NCBI GenBank assembly: GCA_022564635.1
Contig: JADFLA010000003.1
Location: forward strand, 1-53,729
Source of the DNA: Nanobdellota archaeon
GTDB lineage: Archaea > Nanobdellota > Nanobdellia > Woesearchaeales > GW2011-AR4
DNA: 53,729 bases
Reading direction: 5' to 3'
Shown: positions 53,227 to 53,729 of the stretch, in pieces
Layout: every line of letters starts with the position of its first letter
How positions within the stretch are numbered: position 1 is the stretch's first letter
The notes under the pieces: model-generated
Database searches by the model: none
What the model was told of the DNA's origin: nothing
What the model saw: only the letters and a program-made list of their open reading frames with translations
Position numbers and translations under genes: made by a program

Positions 53227-53729
53227 AATCGGTGGACTTACTAGCCGAAGCGCTGCGGTGGATAGATCGGCGGAAGCGTGATCAGTGAGGGAGCATTAAG
53301 GACTTTCCGGTTGCGGGATTGACCGCCCTGCGACGCGACCACGTATTCGGCATGATCCGCAAAATCTTCCTCGCATTGCTGATGCTGAGTGTGGCGATTG
53401 TGTAGTTCATCCTTGGCTTTAGATTCGTGCTGTTTCCGATGCTCGCGTGGATCGTGCTTAGGATCTGGTCTTCCCGGAAGCTGAATCGTCAACGCAACGC
53501 GCCGCCCTGCGATACAAAGACCGATAGCCCATGATCCGCAAGATCATCATCGTGGTGCTGACGCTGGGGGCGGTGGGTGCGTTCGCATTAAAGATCGACT
53601 CTTTGCGTACGCACTATCGCGAGTACAACCCCAGTTGGGGTCTGACTCTGGGAAGCTACAGCGTCTCCGTCTCTCGCGTCGTGAATAAACCAATGGTACC
53701 CCCGAGATCAACCTGGGGAGACACGCCGG
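53209..53729. other. Compositionally foreign, GC-rich, bacterial-like segment (probable chimeric contig end)
   Basis: GC jumps from about 30% to about 58% (35/60 in line 53221) in mid-gene; codon style changes. Confidence 0.85.
53531..53729 (+). CDS. Partial secreted or membrane hypothetical protein in the foreign segment
   Basis: MIRKIIIVVLTLGAVGAFALKIDSL..., open to the window end. A similar MIRKIFLALL start at 53352 has an internal TAG. Confidence 0.5.
   Translation, partial: MIRKIIIVVLTLGAVGAFALKIDSLRTHYREYNPSWGLTLGSYSVSVSRVVNKPMVPPRSTWGDTP

Noticed and set aside
53241-53492. 83-aa minus-strand ORF in the track
   Set aside because: Lies in the foreign tail and overlaps plus-strand MIRKI-type frames; no recognisable motif.
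1-53729. CRISPR array or cas genes
   Set aside because: No regularly spaced direct repeats with unique spacers, and no Cas motifs.

Overview
Low-GC (about 30%) archaeal DNA, most likely from a DPANN Woesearchaeota-type genome. Evidence: archaeal TATA/BRE promoters, GGTGA Shine-Dalgarno motifs, carS, nac, Sec61beta, rpo7, pfdA, class III pilins and a type A RNase P RNA. Contents from left to right: (1) the N-terminus of a probable IS200/IS605 TnpA; (2) housekeeping genes (DEAD-box helicase, thiL, carS, rpiB, a single-domain Dph2); (3) five pilin-like genes plus a VirB11/TadA ATPase; (4) ahcY, an HDAC-family hydrolase, a PfkB kinase, a K+ channel and deoxyhypusine synthase; (5) a DUF2130 pseudogene; (6) a two-part signalling region with FIST, two histidine kinases, three receivers, a KaiC-like ATPase and three paralogous ~110-aa unknown proteins, interrupted by 500-aa and 2108-aa surface proteins; (7) a triad of paralogous unknown genes and a HEPN-like pair; (8) nac, secG, rnpB, a THUMP methyltransferase, a PIN protein, rpo7 and pfdA. 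RNA features missing from the ORF track: five tRNA genes, four of which carry nine BHB-type introns at seven positions (Ser 1, Val 3, Thr 3, Leu 2); two diverged, covarying copies of an unidentified structured RNA; and REP-like palindromes that also sit inside tRNA introns and RNase P RNA. The last ~520 bp (from ~53209) is ~58% GC, bacterial-looking DNA that truncates pfdA and is most likely a chimeric assembly junction. All family assignments come from motif recognition by eye; no database searches were run.
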